Shown one piece after another: positions 19,179 through 27,913 of a stretch of 64,000 bases of DNA. Under the pieces are notes generated by a model. The model was not told the DNA's origin, did not search any database, and worked only from the letters and a program-made list of their open reading frames with translations. Every line of letters begins with the position of its first letter. The stretch's first letter is position 1. Source of the DNA: a virus (lineage: Duplodnaviria; Heunggongvirae; Uroviricota; Caudoviricetes; Ackermannviridae); IMG/VR virus record IMGVR_UViG_2974546594_000001, positions 57,536-121,535 of that record, one strand, 5' to 3'. The position numbers were made by a program, and so were the translations under genes.

Positions 19179-21197
19179 ATGGCAGAATTCAAACCCTTCG
19201 CAACGGCAGTTAATAACAACGTGCTGGCGATGTCCGCAACTGGTCTGTTCATGACCAATATCGATAAAGATGCTCTTTGGGATCTGTATCTGGCATCTTT
19301 CCCTGCTGGTACTAACCCGCTGTACCGCGAACGTACTGAACACGATTGCACCTGCTGTAAACAATTCATCCGTAACATCGGCGGTGTTGTCACCATCGAT
19401 TCAGAGCTGAACGTAATTTCTATCTGGGACAACATTGATCTGGGCAATGAATATGACGTGGTGGCTGCGGCTCTTTCCGCGTATGTCAAACAACACGCAA
19501 TCGTCGATGTTTATTTTAACGATTCTGCTAAAGTCGGCCTGTCTCACAATCACGAATCTGGTGAAGATGGCAAAATCCGTACTTACAATCATTTCCATAC
19601 CCAATTACTTGGTAGCTATGTTCTGCGTCCGGACGCAATCGCTTCGAAAAAAGGTGAAATCCGCCAGGCTATTGAATTGTTTGAACGCGGTCTGCGTGAA
19701 ATTACTCTGGAATCAGCTGAAATCGTTCTGGAACTGATTGACCAGAATTCTCTGTATCGCGGCGCAGAACACAAAGCAGCAGTGAAGGGATTTGTTGAAA
19801 CCAAAAAGGCATATGAACAAGTCCCCGAATCAGCCCGTTCTCTTTGGGCATGGCATACTGGATACCGTTCAAACAATCATGTTCCACACGGCATCCGCAA
19901 CACAGTTATCGGCACTCTGCTGACAGATATCAGTGAAGGCGTGGAACTGGAAAAGGCTGTTAAATCGTTTGAATCCAAAGTTGCTCCGGCGAACTACAAA
20001 CGTCCGACAGCGCTGGTTTCAAAATCCATGATCGAAAACGCTCAGAAAGAAGTTATTGCTCTGGGTTTGGAAGACTCACTGGCGCGTCGTTATGCGGTTT
20101 ACGATGATCTGACAATCAACAACGTTCTGTTCGCAGATCTGGCTGCTCAGAAAGCGATGGATCCGTTTGCACAGCTGGCCGCCGAAGTGAAAACTCCGAC
20201 CAAGTCCCTGGAAAAAGTTGAAGAGATCAGCGTTGATGATTTCCTGAGCAATGTTCTGCCAAAAGCGCATTCAATGGAAGTGCTTGTAGAGAATTCTCAT
20301 ACTAGCAACCTGATGTCCCTGGTTGCTCCGGCGAACCCAGATGCGCCTAACCTGTTCAAGTGGAACAACGGGTTCTCCTGGTCTTACAACGGTGAAGTGA
20401 CCGATTCCATTAAAGAACGTGTAAAGGCTGCTGGCGGTAAAGTTGACGGGTATCTGCGCGTTTCCTTGGCGTGGCACAATAACGACGACCTCGATCTGCA
20501 TATGTTCAACAACATGGAGCACGTTTACTTCCGCGATCGCCGCTCTATGACAGGTGCCCATCTGGATATCGATATGAACGGTATGGATGGTATTGATCCA
20601 AACCGCGCTCCGGTGGAAAATATCATCTTTACAGATGAAAGCAAGCTGCGCGATGGTGAATACCGTTTCGAAATCCACAACTACAATCAACGTGAAAAAA
20701 TCGACGAAGGGTTTGAAGTCGAAGTAGAATACAAAGGCGCAACGCATCGTTTCAGCCATCCTGGCCTGAAAGATCAGGGACGTATCACCGCAGTCATCTT
20801 GACTGTTAAAGACAAACAAGTTGTTGGCATTAAGTCCGAACTGGCTAATGTTGATAAGTCTAAAGAAGTTTGGGGTATCAAGACTGCGACCTTCCAGAAA
20901 GTACAGCTGGTCCTGAACTCACCAAACCATTGGGATGGCGAGCAGACAGGCAACAAGCACGTGTTCTTCATTCTTGAAGGCTGTGCTAATCCTGAAGGTA
21001 CTCGTGGTTTCTACAACGAATATCTGAAGCCGGAACTGGATAAACATCGTAAGGTTTTTGAAATGTTGGGTAGTAAAATGAAAGTCCAGCCGAATGAAAA
21101 CCAACTGTCCGGTCTGGGATTCTCGACGACGCAACGCAACCACGTGTTCGTCAAAGTGTCCGGCGCGTTTAACCGTACTGTAAAAGTCATTTTCTAA
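19179..21197 (+). CDS. hypothetical protein (672 aa), strongly expressed, unknown function
   Basis: Conserved initiation region GAAACAGGAAGACTATACCATG. No P-loop and no polymerase or ligase signatures found (KVDGYL noted but out of context). Confidence 0.65.
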   Translation: MAEFKPFATAVNNNVLAMSATGLFMTNIDKDALWDLYLASFPAGTNPLYRERTEHDCTCCKQFIRNIGGVVTIDSELNVISIWDNIDLGNEYDVVAAALSAYVKQHAIVDVYFNDSAKVGLSHNHESGEDGKIRTYNHFHTQLLGSYVLRPDAIASKKGEIRQAIELFERGLREITLESAEIVLELIDQNSLYRGAEHKAAVKGFVETKKAYEQVPESARSLWAWHTGYRSNNHVPHGIRNTVIGTLLTDISEGVELEKAVKSFESKVAPANYKRPTALVSKSMIENAQKEVIALGLEDSLARRYAVYDDLTINNVLFADLAAQKAMDPFAQLAAEVKTPTKSLEKVEEISVDDFLSNVLPKAHSMEVLVENSHTSNLMSLVAPANPDAPNLFKWNNGFSWSYNGEVTDSIKERVKAAGGKVDGYLRVSLAWHNNDDLDLHMFNNMEHVYFRDRRSMTGAHLDIDMNGMDGIDPNRAPVENIIFTDESKLRDGEYRFEIHNYNQREKIDEGFEVEVEYKGATHRFSHPGLKDQGRITAVILTVKDKQVVGIKSELANVDKSKEVWGIKTATFQKVQLVLNSPNHWDGEQTGNKHVFFILEGCANPEGTRGFYNEYLKPELDKHRKVFEMLGSKMKVQPNENQLSGLGFSTTQRNHVFVKVSGAFNRTVKVIF

Positions 21198-21234
21198 TTG
21201 ATTTGACCACAAATTCGTAATAAGGAACAATGAA

Positions 21235-21606
21235 ATGTTTGATCAAGCAACCCGTTTAAAACTGCGTTTCAACTCTAACAAAGGTCTGCTGTCTGTTGAG
21301 CAGGTTTGGGATCTGAACCTGAATGCCCTAAACGAACTGGCGAAAGACCTCAGCCGTCAGGTGAAGGAAGCCGCCAGCGATGAAGAAGATTTCATCGGCG
21401 TGAAAAGCGCAGTCGACTCTCAGTTACAACTGCGTTTCGATATCGTGAAAGCGATCATCGGTGTTAAACTGAAAGAACGTGACGAAAGCGCAACCGCCGC
21501 CGAACGTAAAGCGAATAACCAGGCGATCATGGAACTGATCCAGCGTAAGAAACAGCAGGAACTGGAAGGTCTCTCTGTTGAAGAACTGGAAAAACTCCTG
21601 AAATAA
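21235..21606 (+). CDS. hypothetical alpha-helical protein (123 aa)
   Basis: SD AAGGAA. Confidence 0.55.
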   Translation: MFDQATRLKLRFNSNKGLLSVEQVWDLNLNALNELAKDLSRQVKEAASDEEDFIGVKSAVDSQLQLRFDIVKAIIGVKLKERDESATAAERKANNQAIMELIQRKKQQELEGLSVEELEKLLK

Positions 21607-21627
21607 TCTGTCGGCTCCGGCCTGAGC

Positions 21628-21654
21628 AACCCCGCCTTGTGCGGGGTTTCTTTT
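21628..21654 (+). terminator. rho-independent terminator
   Basis: CCCCGC-CTTGT-GCGGGG followed by TTTCTTTT. Confidence 0.8.
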
Positions 21655-21665
21655 GGACAAAGAAT

Positions 21666-22076
21666 ATGAAACCTGTCATCTGTGATTACTGCGGCCTTCC
21701 TGCCAAATACGTCGGGGGTGATGTTGTATACCCCCACCGCCCTGAACTCCGCAATCTGAAGTTCTGGGTGTGCACTCCATGTGACGCACGAGTCGGTTGC
21801 CATAAACATGGTGATGGAAAGACCCCGATGGGAAGGATGGCGAATGCCGCTCTCCGTGCTGCTAAGCAGGAAGCTCATAGGTCGTTTGACCCTATCTGGA
21901 AAAGTGGGCAGAGGAGCAGGAGTGACGCTTACAGTTGGCTGGCGTATAAGTTGGGGATGAAGAAACGCGACTGCCATATCGGTTTATTCGATATCGACAC
22001 GTGCCGTAAAGTAATATCCGTGTGTAACCAACTAGAGGTGTCAAACGATGTCAAAGGAAATACAAAAATCTTTTGA
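21666..22076 (+). CDS. Cys/His-rich putative zinc-binding protein
   Basis: CDYCG...CTPCDARVGCHKHGDGK. Confidence 0.45.
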   Translation: MKPVICDYCGLPAKYVGGDVVYPHRPELRNLKFWVCTPCDARVGCHKHGDGKTPMGRMANAALRAAKQEAHRSFDPIWKSGQRSRSDAYSWLAYKLGMKKRDCHIGLFDIDTCRKVISVCNQLEVSNDVKGNTKIF

Positions 22077-22299
22077 AAAGTTATCTCAGGTAATGACCGA
22101 CTGCAACCGCCGAAATTATTGCGATGAAGCATATACGCAATTGAAAACCGTCGTCGAATCTGAGTTGAATAACCTTTCAACTTTTAAAGATATTCAGACC
22201 GAAGTGCTATATCTGTCGGATGAAGATTTAAGGCGTTGTCCCCGCAAGATTTACCAATTACTGGATCGTTTGGTGAAAGTGGGAGTGAATAATGGGTAA
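22048..22299 (+). CDS. hypothetical protein (83 aa)
   Basis: SD GAGG. Overlaps its neighbours. Confidence 0.4.
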   Translation: MSKEIQKSFEKLSQVMTDCNRRNYCDEAYTQLKTVVESELNNLSTFKDIQTEVLYLSDEDLRRCPRKIYQLLDRLVKVGVNNG

Positions 22300-23017
22300 T
22301 CGTGAAGGGATTAAACTCACACCAGAACTTCTGAAGTCACATATTGCTGAAGTGATTTATGAAGACCGTGAAGTTGGTGGTCACCGCGTCATTACATGCC
22401 ATTTCAAGATGGACAATGGGTTCGTTGTGTGGGGTAAGAATAGTTCAACTTCTATCGACCCAGCCAACTTTGATGAAGAGTTGGGTAAGAAACTGGCCTA
22501 TGAAAAGACCTTCTCCCAGCTGTGGGAACTGGAAGCATATCGCGCGATGGTAGAAAAGCAGATCATCGATGCGTCCGTCAAAGATGCTAAGATCAACATT
22601 GATGAATATGTGTCAGAAAGGGAAGCGATACATGAGATGGGTGGTTCTGAATTCCTTAAGGGTAAAGGACAATCTGTCGTGTTTCGTCATCCCAAGGATC
22701 CAAGTCGGGGATTTCGAGTTGAATTTGTTCGCACCGATAACGAACGTTATAACGAACGACGTAATGGTGAAGCAAGATCTTTGGTGGAAGCGTATCTTCG
22801 CTCGTTCATGACTTCTGAAGAACTAAATTCTGAACTTGTTTTGCGTTTGGCGAAAACGTGTAATGCTGCTTCAGGGGATTATCCGTGGTGTGACCTGTCA
22901 GAAGACAAACGCCAAGCAGCTTGTGATCGTGTTAAGAAATTCTTGTTAGATCCGAAAGCCCAACCTGGTGATTCCGTGGGGGCGCTGTATAGAGCCATCG
23001 TGGTGTCATACTTGTGA
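22292..23017 (+). CDS. protein with an N4 gp49 / Sf6 gp66-like N-terminal domain
   Basis: VITCHFKMDNGFVVWGKNSSTSIDPANFDEELGKKLAYEKTFSQLWELEAYR resembles the Phage_gp49_66 family as I remember it. Confidence 0.45.
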   Translation: MGNREGIKLTPELLKSHIAEVIYEDREVGGHRVITCHFKMDNGFVVWGKNSSTSIDPANFDEELGKKLAYEKTFSQLWELEAYRAMVEKQIIDASVKDAKINIDEYVSEREAIHEMGGSEFLKGKGQSVVFRHPKDPSRGFRVEFVRTDNERYNERRNGEARSLVEAYLRSFMTSEELNSELVLRLAKTCNAASGDYPWCDLSEDKRQAACDRVKKFLLDPKAQPGDSVGALYRAIVVSYL

Positions 23018-23063
23018 TTTTCAAAAGTCTTTCAAAATCAATAACGTCCGGCAAAATGCTGGG

Positions 23064-23091
23064 CGTTTCAATTAACAAGCCAAGGTATAAT
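23064..23091 (+). promoter_or_regulatory. putative early promoter (-35 GTTTCA, -10 TATAAT, 15-16 nt spacer)
   Basis: Lies in a 265-bp intergenic region upstream of the vWA gene. Confidence 0.35.
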
Positions 23092-23283
23092 GGCCCAACT
23101 GAAAACGCGGGGGAATTTCTTTGTCCAAGCCATTCATTCGTTCCGGAGTTGATTCTCTAGACTCCCAGTTTAAACCGAGCGAAGTTTTAATCCAACAAAT
23201 TGAAACCAATCGTGAATTCATAGAACACATGTTGGCAAAGCCGGAAGGTGAAGCCGCTCAAACCACCAAAGAAGGTAATAACG

Positions 23284-25500
23284 ATGATTGAATCATTAAC
23301 ATTTAAAAATGCGGTAGCAACCGTCGCGCCGTCTAACCATGTAATCGTTGTGGACATCTCCGGTTCCATGTACCGTTCACTTCCTGAAGTTCGCAAGCAT
23401 CTGAAGGAAAATCTCCCGTCTCTGGTTAAACCAGAAGATACCGTCAGCATTCTTTACTTTTCATCCCGTGGTGATTTCGGTACGGTATTCGCTGGCCGTC
23501 AGATCAATAGCGCGACCGATCTCAGTGAAATCAATAAACTGATTGACCGCTTCCTGCAACCGTCCGGTTGTACGGGATTTGTAGAACCTCTGAAACTGGC
23601 TGCGGAAACTGCCATTAGCCTGAATAAACCTGGTTATGTTAACAACCTGGCATTCATGACCGACGGGTATGACAACTGCTGGCGTTCTAATGAAATCCTG
23701 GATGCCGCTGAAGTACTGCCCAAAGCGTTTGATAACATTACCTTCATCGAATACGGTTGGTATTGTAATCGCGAACTGCTGGGGCTAATGGCAGAACGTT
23801 CTGGTGCGACCCACGTATTCGCCGAAGGACAGAATGAATATCAGACCGAATTGGAAAACGTGCTGAAAACTTCTTCACCGAAAGTTGTAGTCGATGTTCC
23901 TCTGGTTTATACCCATGCCATTTATGTTGAAAATGGCGTGGCGACTGTTTTAGCTGTGCATCCTGATGAAGAGCACCCTATTGGCCACGTCAGCATCCCT
24001 GAAAGCGTTTCTCAGCTGTGGGTTGTAAACCCCAACATGATCGACCAGCTGGATAATCTGGCAGACATCCAAGCGGCATACGTGCTGGCATTTTACGGCG
24101 TGTATACCATGGACGCAGATTTGGTTTGGGCTGCGCTGAAGAAAACGGGTGACGTCCGCTTCATCAAACAATACAGCAACTGTTTCACCAAGCAGGATTA
24201 CTCCAACATCAAAGTCGATCTGACTCAGGCTATCGTAGACGAATCTCTGCGAGGAGTTGATGGCATCGATTATAATATGGTTCCGGCTGAAGACGCCACC
24301 ACCATTGTTGATGTTCTGACGTATTTGGCTGAAGCAGATGTCTCTATCGTCACCAAGCATCCGCTATTCTCTTACAAGAGCATTGGGCGCGGTACTATAC
24401 AAAAAGTTGACGACACCGAAGACAAGTTGGCCGAAGAGATTGCGAATGCGACTTCTAAAGAAGAGCGTAAAGCCCTGGCGCTCAAACTGGCCGAGCACGA
24501 AGATTGGACGCCGGAATTCAATCCAGCAGATGATAAAGGGATTGTCCCGATCAGCAATTTGGTCTATAATTCAGAACGTCCTAACATCAGTGTGCAGACA
24601 GTTCAACACGGAACGGTTGTTGTGCCTGAGTTTGTACAGAAGAAATATGAACTTCCTGAAGAGCTGGGAACCTGGCGTTATCGCAATTACACCATTGTCA
24701 AGGATGGTATCATCAACCTGAAAACAATGCCTATCACTGCAGATTCTCCGATTGTTCGGGCTAAGGTGGCACAGGATTTGACTGCCATGGGTGTTCATGT
24801 GTTTGGTGGGCCGGAAGTCTTCATTGTAAATCTGGAAAGTGTCCCAATGGTTAACCGCGCCATGACAAAGAATATCAGTGCTGCTGAATTCTTTGCAGAC
24901 AATGTGCGCCGTGAAGCATTGAAGGCAAAACAGAAAGTTTTGAAATTCTACCGTGATGAACTGGTTGGTAAAGGCAACGCTACTGGTCTGGCTTCAAAAT
25001 ATGGCAAAGAAGCGGCTGATTTCCTGTCAGCAAACGGCATTCGCGACTATGGATTTTCACCGAAGACTTCTTCTGTAGAATCAACCGATGTCTATATGAG
25101 TCGTGAATTGAATGTGAAAATCAAAGGCGCATCTTCACTGCCAAGCATCGCGTCTGTTATCAAAAAACAGACGGACGGTAAAAAACTCAATGTCGCTGAT
25201 CAGCTGATCGCTAATGCCCTGGCTGAATACAATGCGTTTGTTAAATCGCCGATGATCACCAGCGTACCGGAAGAGACTCAGAAAAAGCTGATCGAAAGTT
25301 GGATTGGTGATGCAGCAAAAGCAGCTATCAACGAAGTTCGCTCTCTGAACAAAACGCTGTCCAAGGTAGTTTATGGGATTGTTGCAGGCCATGGTTGGTT
25401 TACCGACCTGGATTTGGAAGAATCCACTATGGATGTGGAAGTTGATGGGGTGAAATACACCGTCACTGCCGAACTGGCTGAAAAAGAAGTCAAAATCTAA
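23284..25500 (+). CDS. von Willebrand factor A (vWA) domain protein, 738 aa
   Basis: MIDAS motif VVVDISGSMYRS near the N-terminus. Long coiled-coil-like C-terminal half. Confidence 0.7.
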   Translation: MIESLTFKNAVATVAPSNHVIVVDISGSMYRSLPEVRKHLKENLPSLVKPEDTVSILYFSSRGDFGTVFAGRQINSATDLSEINKLIDRFLQPSGCTGFVEPLKLAAETAISLNKPGYVNNLAFMTDGYDNCWRSNEILDAAEVLPKAFDNITFIEYGWYCNRELLGLMAERSGATHVFAEGQNEYQTELENVLKTSSPKVVVDVPLVYTHAIYVENGVATVLAVHPDEEHPIGHVSIPESVSQLWVVNPNMIDQLDNLADIQAAYVLAFYGVYTMDADLVWAALKKTGDVRFIKQYSNCFTKQDYSNIKVDLTQAIVDESLRGVDGIDYNMVPAEDATTIVDVLTYLAEADVSIVTKHPLFSYKSIGRGTIQKVDDTEDKLAEEIANATSKEERKALALKLAEHEDWTPEFNPADDKGIVPISNLVYNSERPNISVQTVQHGTVVVPEFVQKKYELPEELGTWRYRNYTIVKDGIINLKTMPITADSPIVRAKVAQDLTAMGVHVFGGPEVFIVNLESVPMVNRAMTKNISAAEFFADNVRREALKAKQKVLKFYRDELVGKGNATGLASKYGKEAADFLSANGIRDYGFSPKTSSVESTDVYMSRELNVKIKGASSLPSIASVIKKQTDGKKLNVADQLIANALAEYNAFVKSPMITSVPEETQKKLIESWIGDAAKAAINEVRSLNKTLSKVVYGIVAGHGWFTDLDLEESTMDVEVDGVKYTVTAELAEKEVKI

Positions 25501-25543
25501 ATTCAACTGGCGGGGAAACCCGCCTTCATTTTGAGATATGCTT

Positions 25544-25855
25544 ATGTCAAACAAACCAACTTATGTTGAAGTAATGCGTGTTCTGGCTCAGTACGCTTGT
25601 GACAACCTGAACATGGAAACTTGGCGCAACGGGGATCACAAGGACAAGTTTGATAACATTGATGATAATATCGATGCTTTAGCGCCGTTACGGGTTAAGA
25701 ATGACCTCGGTGGTGACGATCTTGACATGATTGAGCTGGTCATGGAAATCGAAGAAGAGTACGATGTAGAAATTAGTGACGAGTGGGTGGGTAAACATGG
25801 AGATGATCCCACGCTCGGCGAATTGGCTGAATTGGTAGTTGCCCTCCGCAAATAG
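25544..25855 (+). CDS. acyl-carrier-protein-like protein with Asp in place of the phosphopantetheinyl Ser (DLGGDDLDMIELVMEIEEEYD)
   Basis: Canonical ACP helix-II motif DLGxDSLDxVELVM is present with a Ser-to-Asp substitution. Acidic helix-III region. Confidence 0.5.
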   Translation: MSNKPTYVEVMRVLAQYACDNLNMETWRNGDHKDKFDNIDDNIDALAPLRVKNDLGGDDLDMIELVMEIEEEYDVEISDEWVGKHGDDPTLGELAELVVALRK

Positions 25856-25861
25856 CAGAAG

Positions 25862-25892
25862 TCCCCAACGGTTTGTTGGGGATTTTTACTTT
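25862..25892 (+). terminator. terminator TCCCCAAC-GGTTTG-TTGGGGA + T-run, directly followed by an early promoter (GTTTAC 25898, -10 TATTAT 25923)
   Basis: PeSL-like arrangement. Confidence 0.7.
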
Positions 25893-25971
25893 TAGGGGTT
25901 TACTTCTTCTAACGAATATCCTATTATTCAATAACTGGCTAACGTGGGGTTGGCTAGAAAGGAGATACAAA

Positions 25972-26211
25972 ATGAAACTACCAGGTCACATTGAAGTTTA
26001 TATGCGGTTATACAAAGAAGGTAACGCCGCTGCTAAAGAACTACACGAACTGATTTTGTCATACGGCGTTAAGTCTGTTACAGAAGTAAAGAACAACAAA
26101 ATAGACGGCGAATATGTGTCAATCAATGGGCGTGGTCTGAAAACCAACCCAACATATTTTGTGGGTGTCCATTTAGACACAGGGAAAGAAGTCGTGGAGA
26201 TCGTGGCATGA
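25972..26211 (+). CDS. hypothetical protein (79 aa)
   Basis: SD AAAGGAG. Confidence 0.55.
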   Translation: MKLPGHIEVYMRLYKEGNAAAKELHELILSYGVKSVTEVKNNKIDGEYVSINGRGLKTNPTYFVGVHLDTGKEVVEIVA

Positions 26212-26450
26212 TGTCAAACAAGAAAGTAGAAACGGCAGTAGAAATAGACCGCAATTGGGGCTTGCTCCGCGCTAAAGGATTCCGCCGTGTGTACATGACC
26301 AAGGAAGTCTATGCTTCGCGCCGAGATGTTATCATTAGCAAGAAAGGAAAAGTATGGGTTGCTGAAGAGGTTGATGCCGAAACGGGTGTCGTCGGTAAGG
26401 TTAAAGCCAAGGCGAATATTCTTTTCGCTCTTCTGAAGCATATCAATTAA
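26208..26450 (+). CDS. hypothetical protein (80 aa)
   Basis: Overlapping start and stop (ATGA). Confidence 0.5.
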   Translation: MMSNKKVETAVEIDRNWGLLRAKGFRRVYMTKEVYASRRDVIISKKGKVWVAEEVDAETGVVGKVKAKANILFALLKHIN

Positions 26451-26509
26451 TTCTATAAATTATGGCGGGGTATGATTATCCCGCCGATTTGAAATGTAGG
26501 AACTATACC

Positions 26510-27016
26510 ATGACCGATCAACAAATTCAAGATTTATTTTACCTCGTCCATGATAAGTCCCATATTATGCGCCCTGGCACTGTTTCTCCTGTCGTCCGTG
26601 ATCTGGTGCAAGAATTACGCGAACCGCAGATGACCACACTTTATCGTGGGTTGCCTAAAGAGGACGTTGTGCGTTTAGAGATGATGTTTGAACGAGGCGA
26701 CATGTTCCAGACATGGGATTCTTGTCTTAGCTTCAGTGAATTGAAGCATGTGGCCAAAAAATTTTCTAAATCGTATGGAACCAGAGCTGTTGCTCGCATT
26801 TGTTACAAACATCGAAACGGACTCCCAGAGGGGCTTAATGTCTTTGGTTCTCTAGAAAAATTTGTGAACAAAGACGATGAATCAGAAATGGATATGCTGG
26901 ACTTGGCGTCCATGGAGAAAGAATGGATATTCTGCCAGCCTCGCGTCTTCCCAGTTTCAAGAAAAATGGCAACAGATGGGACGATGGTTTTTACCGTATC
27001 ACTTGTTACTCTATAA
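26510..27016 (+). CDS. putative ADP-ribosyltransferase (R-S-E class, Mod/Alt-like), 168 aa
   Basis: Aromatic-R (LYRG, R46), S-x-S (SFS 74-76), E-x-E (ESE 124-126 or EKE 136-138) with ART-typical spacing. Size is like T4 ModA/ModB. Confidence 0.35.
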   Translation: MTDQQIQDLFYLVHDKSHIMRPGTVSPVVRDLVQELREPQMTTLYRGLPKEDVVRLEMMFERGDMFQTWDSCLSFSELKHVAKKFSKSYGTRAVARICYKHRNGLPEGLNVFGSLEKFVNKDDESEMDMLDLASMEKEWIFCQPRVFPVSRKMATDGTMVFTVSLVTL

Positions 27017-27068
27017 ACCCACGGCGGGGTATCTTTGCCCCGCCCATTTGAAATGAAGGAACTATATC

Positions 27069-27347
27069 ATGACAGATCAAAGAAGTATTGCTCGTTCGGA
27101 AATCAAAGATATTATACAGAGCAAAACCAACGAAACTCATGCTCAATCCAGAATGCTATCTCGATTTGTTGAAATTAAGTTTGACATTGAAGAGAATAAC
27201 AATCGGAGAGCGCTGGAGGGGATGTTGGCGATTATTTTGCGCCATTTCACCGATTCAGCATATGACATGGATGATTTAACTCGTTTGTTGAACGCCCAGA
27301 ATATCGTTGGGACTTCTGTTCGCGAATTGCTGTTTAAGTCCGAATGA
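27069..27347 (+). CDS. hypothetical protein (92 aa) sharing a duplicated 5' cassette and MTDQ start with the previous gene
   Basis: About 60-bp upstream element is near-identical to the one at 26461-26521. Confidence 0.55.
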   Translation: MTDQRSIARSEIKDIIQSKTNETHAQSRMLSRFVEIKFDIEENNNRRALEGMLAIILRHFTDSAYDMDDLTRLLNAQNIVGTSVRELLFKSE

Positions 27348-27384
27348 ACTAACTAAGGGATAACCCTATATCCCGAGGTGTGTC

Positions 27385-27834
27385 ATGTTCCTTACATCCT
27401 TTATTGACTGGATGAATATCATAAATGGCCTGAGGATTCCTGTTGGGAACCTCGGGCTTTCTCGTTCTTCTATGCCGCAAATCGATGCCGACAAACAAGA
27501 AGATTTTCACAAATATCTTGAAGACAACGGCGTGTCTATAGATGCTGCGCAAGTGCCTATCAAAATGCTTCGTCTTACCCAGAACGAAATCAATAAAATG
27601 AAGGTCTGGAAGATTATGAAGCAGATCAGAAACAAGAAGCCCATGGGTCGAGTTTGGGTGTCTTCTGACAATTACGTTGTTGACGGGTCTCACCGATTTG
27701 TCGCTGCGTTGAACATGGACGGCAAACAGCGCATGAAGGTCTACAAAGTTGATTTGCCAGCGATGGAATTTGTTAAACTCGCTAAACAGTTTCAGGGTGT
27801 GCGATACAGAACGGTCAGCGATACCCGTTTCTGA
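27385..27834 (+). CDS. ParB-like nuclease (ParB N-terminal / sulfiredoxin fold) domain protein
   Basis: VVDGSHRFVAAL matches the ParBc motif (I/V)xDGxHRxxAA. Confidence 0.5.
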   Translation: MFLTSFIDWMNIINGLRIPVGNLGLSRSSMPQIDADKQEDFHKYLEDNGVSIDAAQVPIKMLRLTQNEINKMKVWKIMKQIRNKKPMGRVWVSSDNYVVDGSHRFVAALNMDGKQRMKVYKVDLPAMEFVKLAKQFQGVRYRTVSDTRF

Positions 27835-27913
27835 ATACGATAGTTTATTGAAACCCTTTACTCAACATGGTGACAGCCCTATCATTTTATCCAATGAAAT
27901 AAGGAGAATCACC

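Noticed and set aside
20271-20819. 182-aa reverse-strand ORF inside the 672-aa gene
   Set aside because: Antisense shadow.
23187-23450. 87-aa reverse-strand ORF in the vWA upstream region
   Set aside because: Overlaps the vWA gene start and promoter. No SD.
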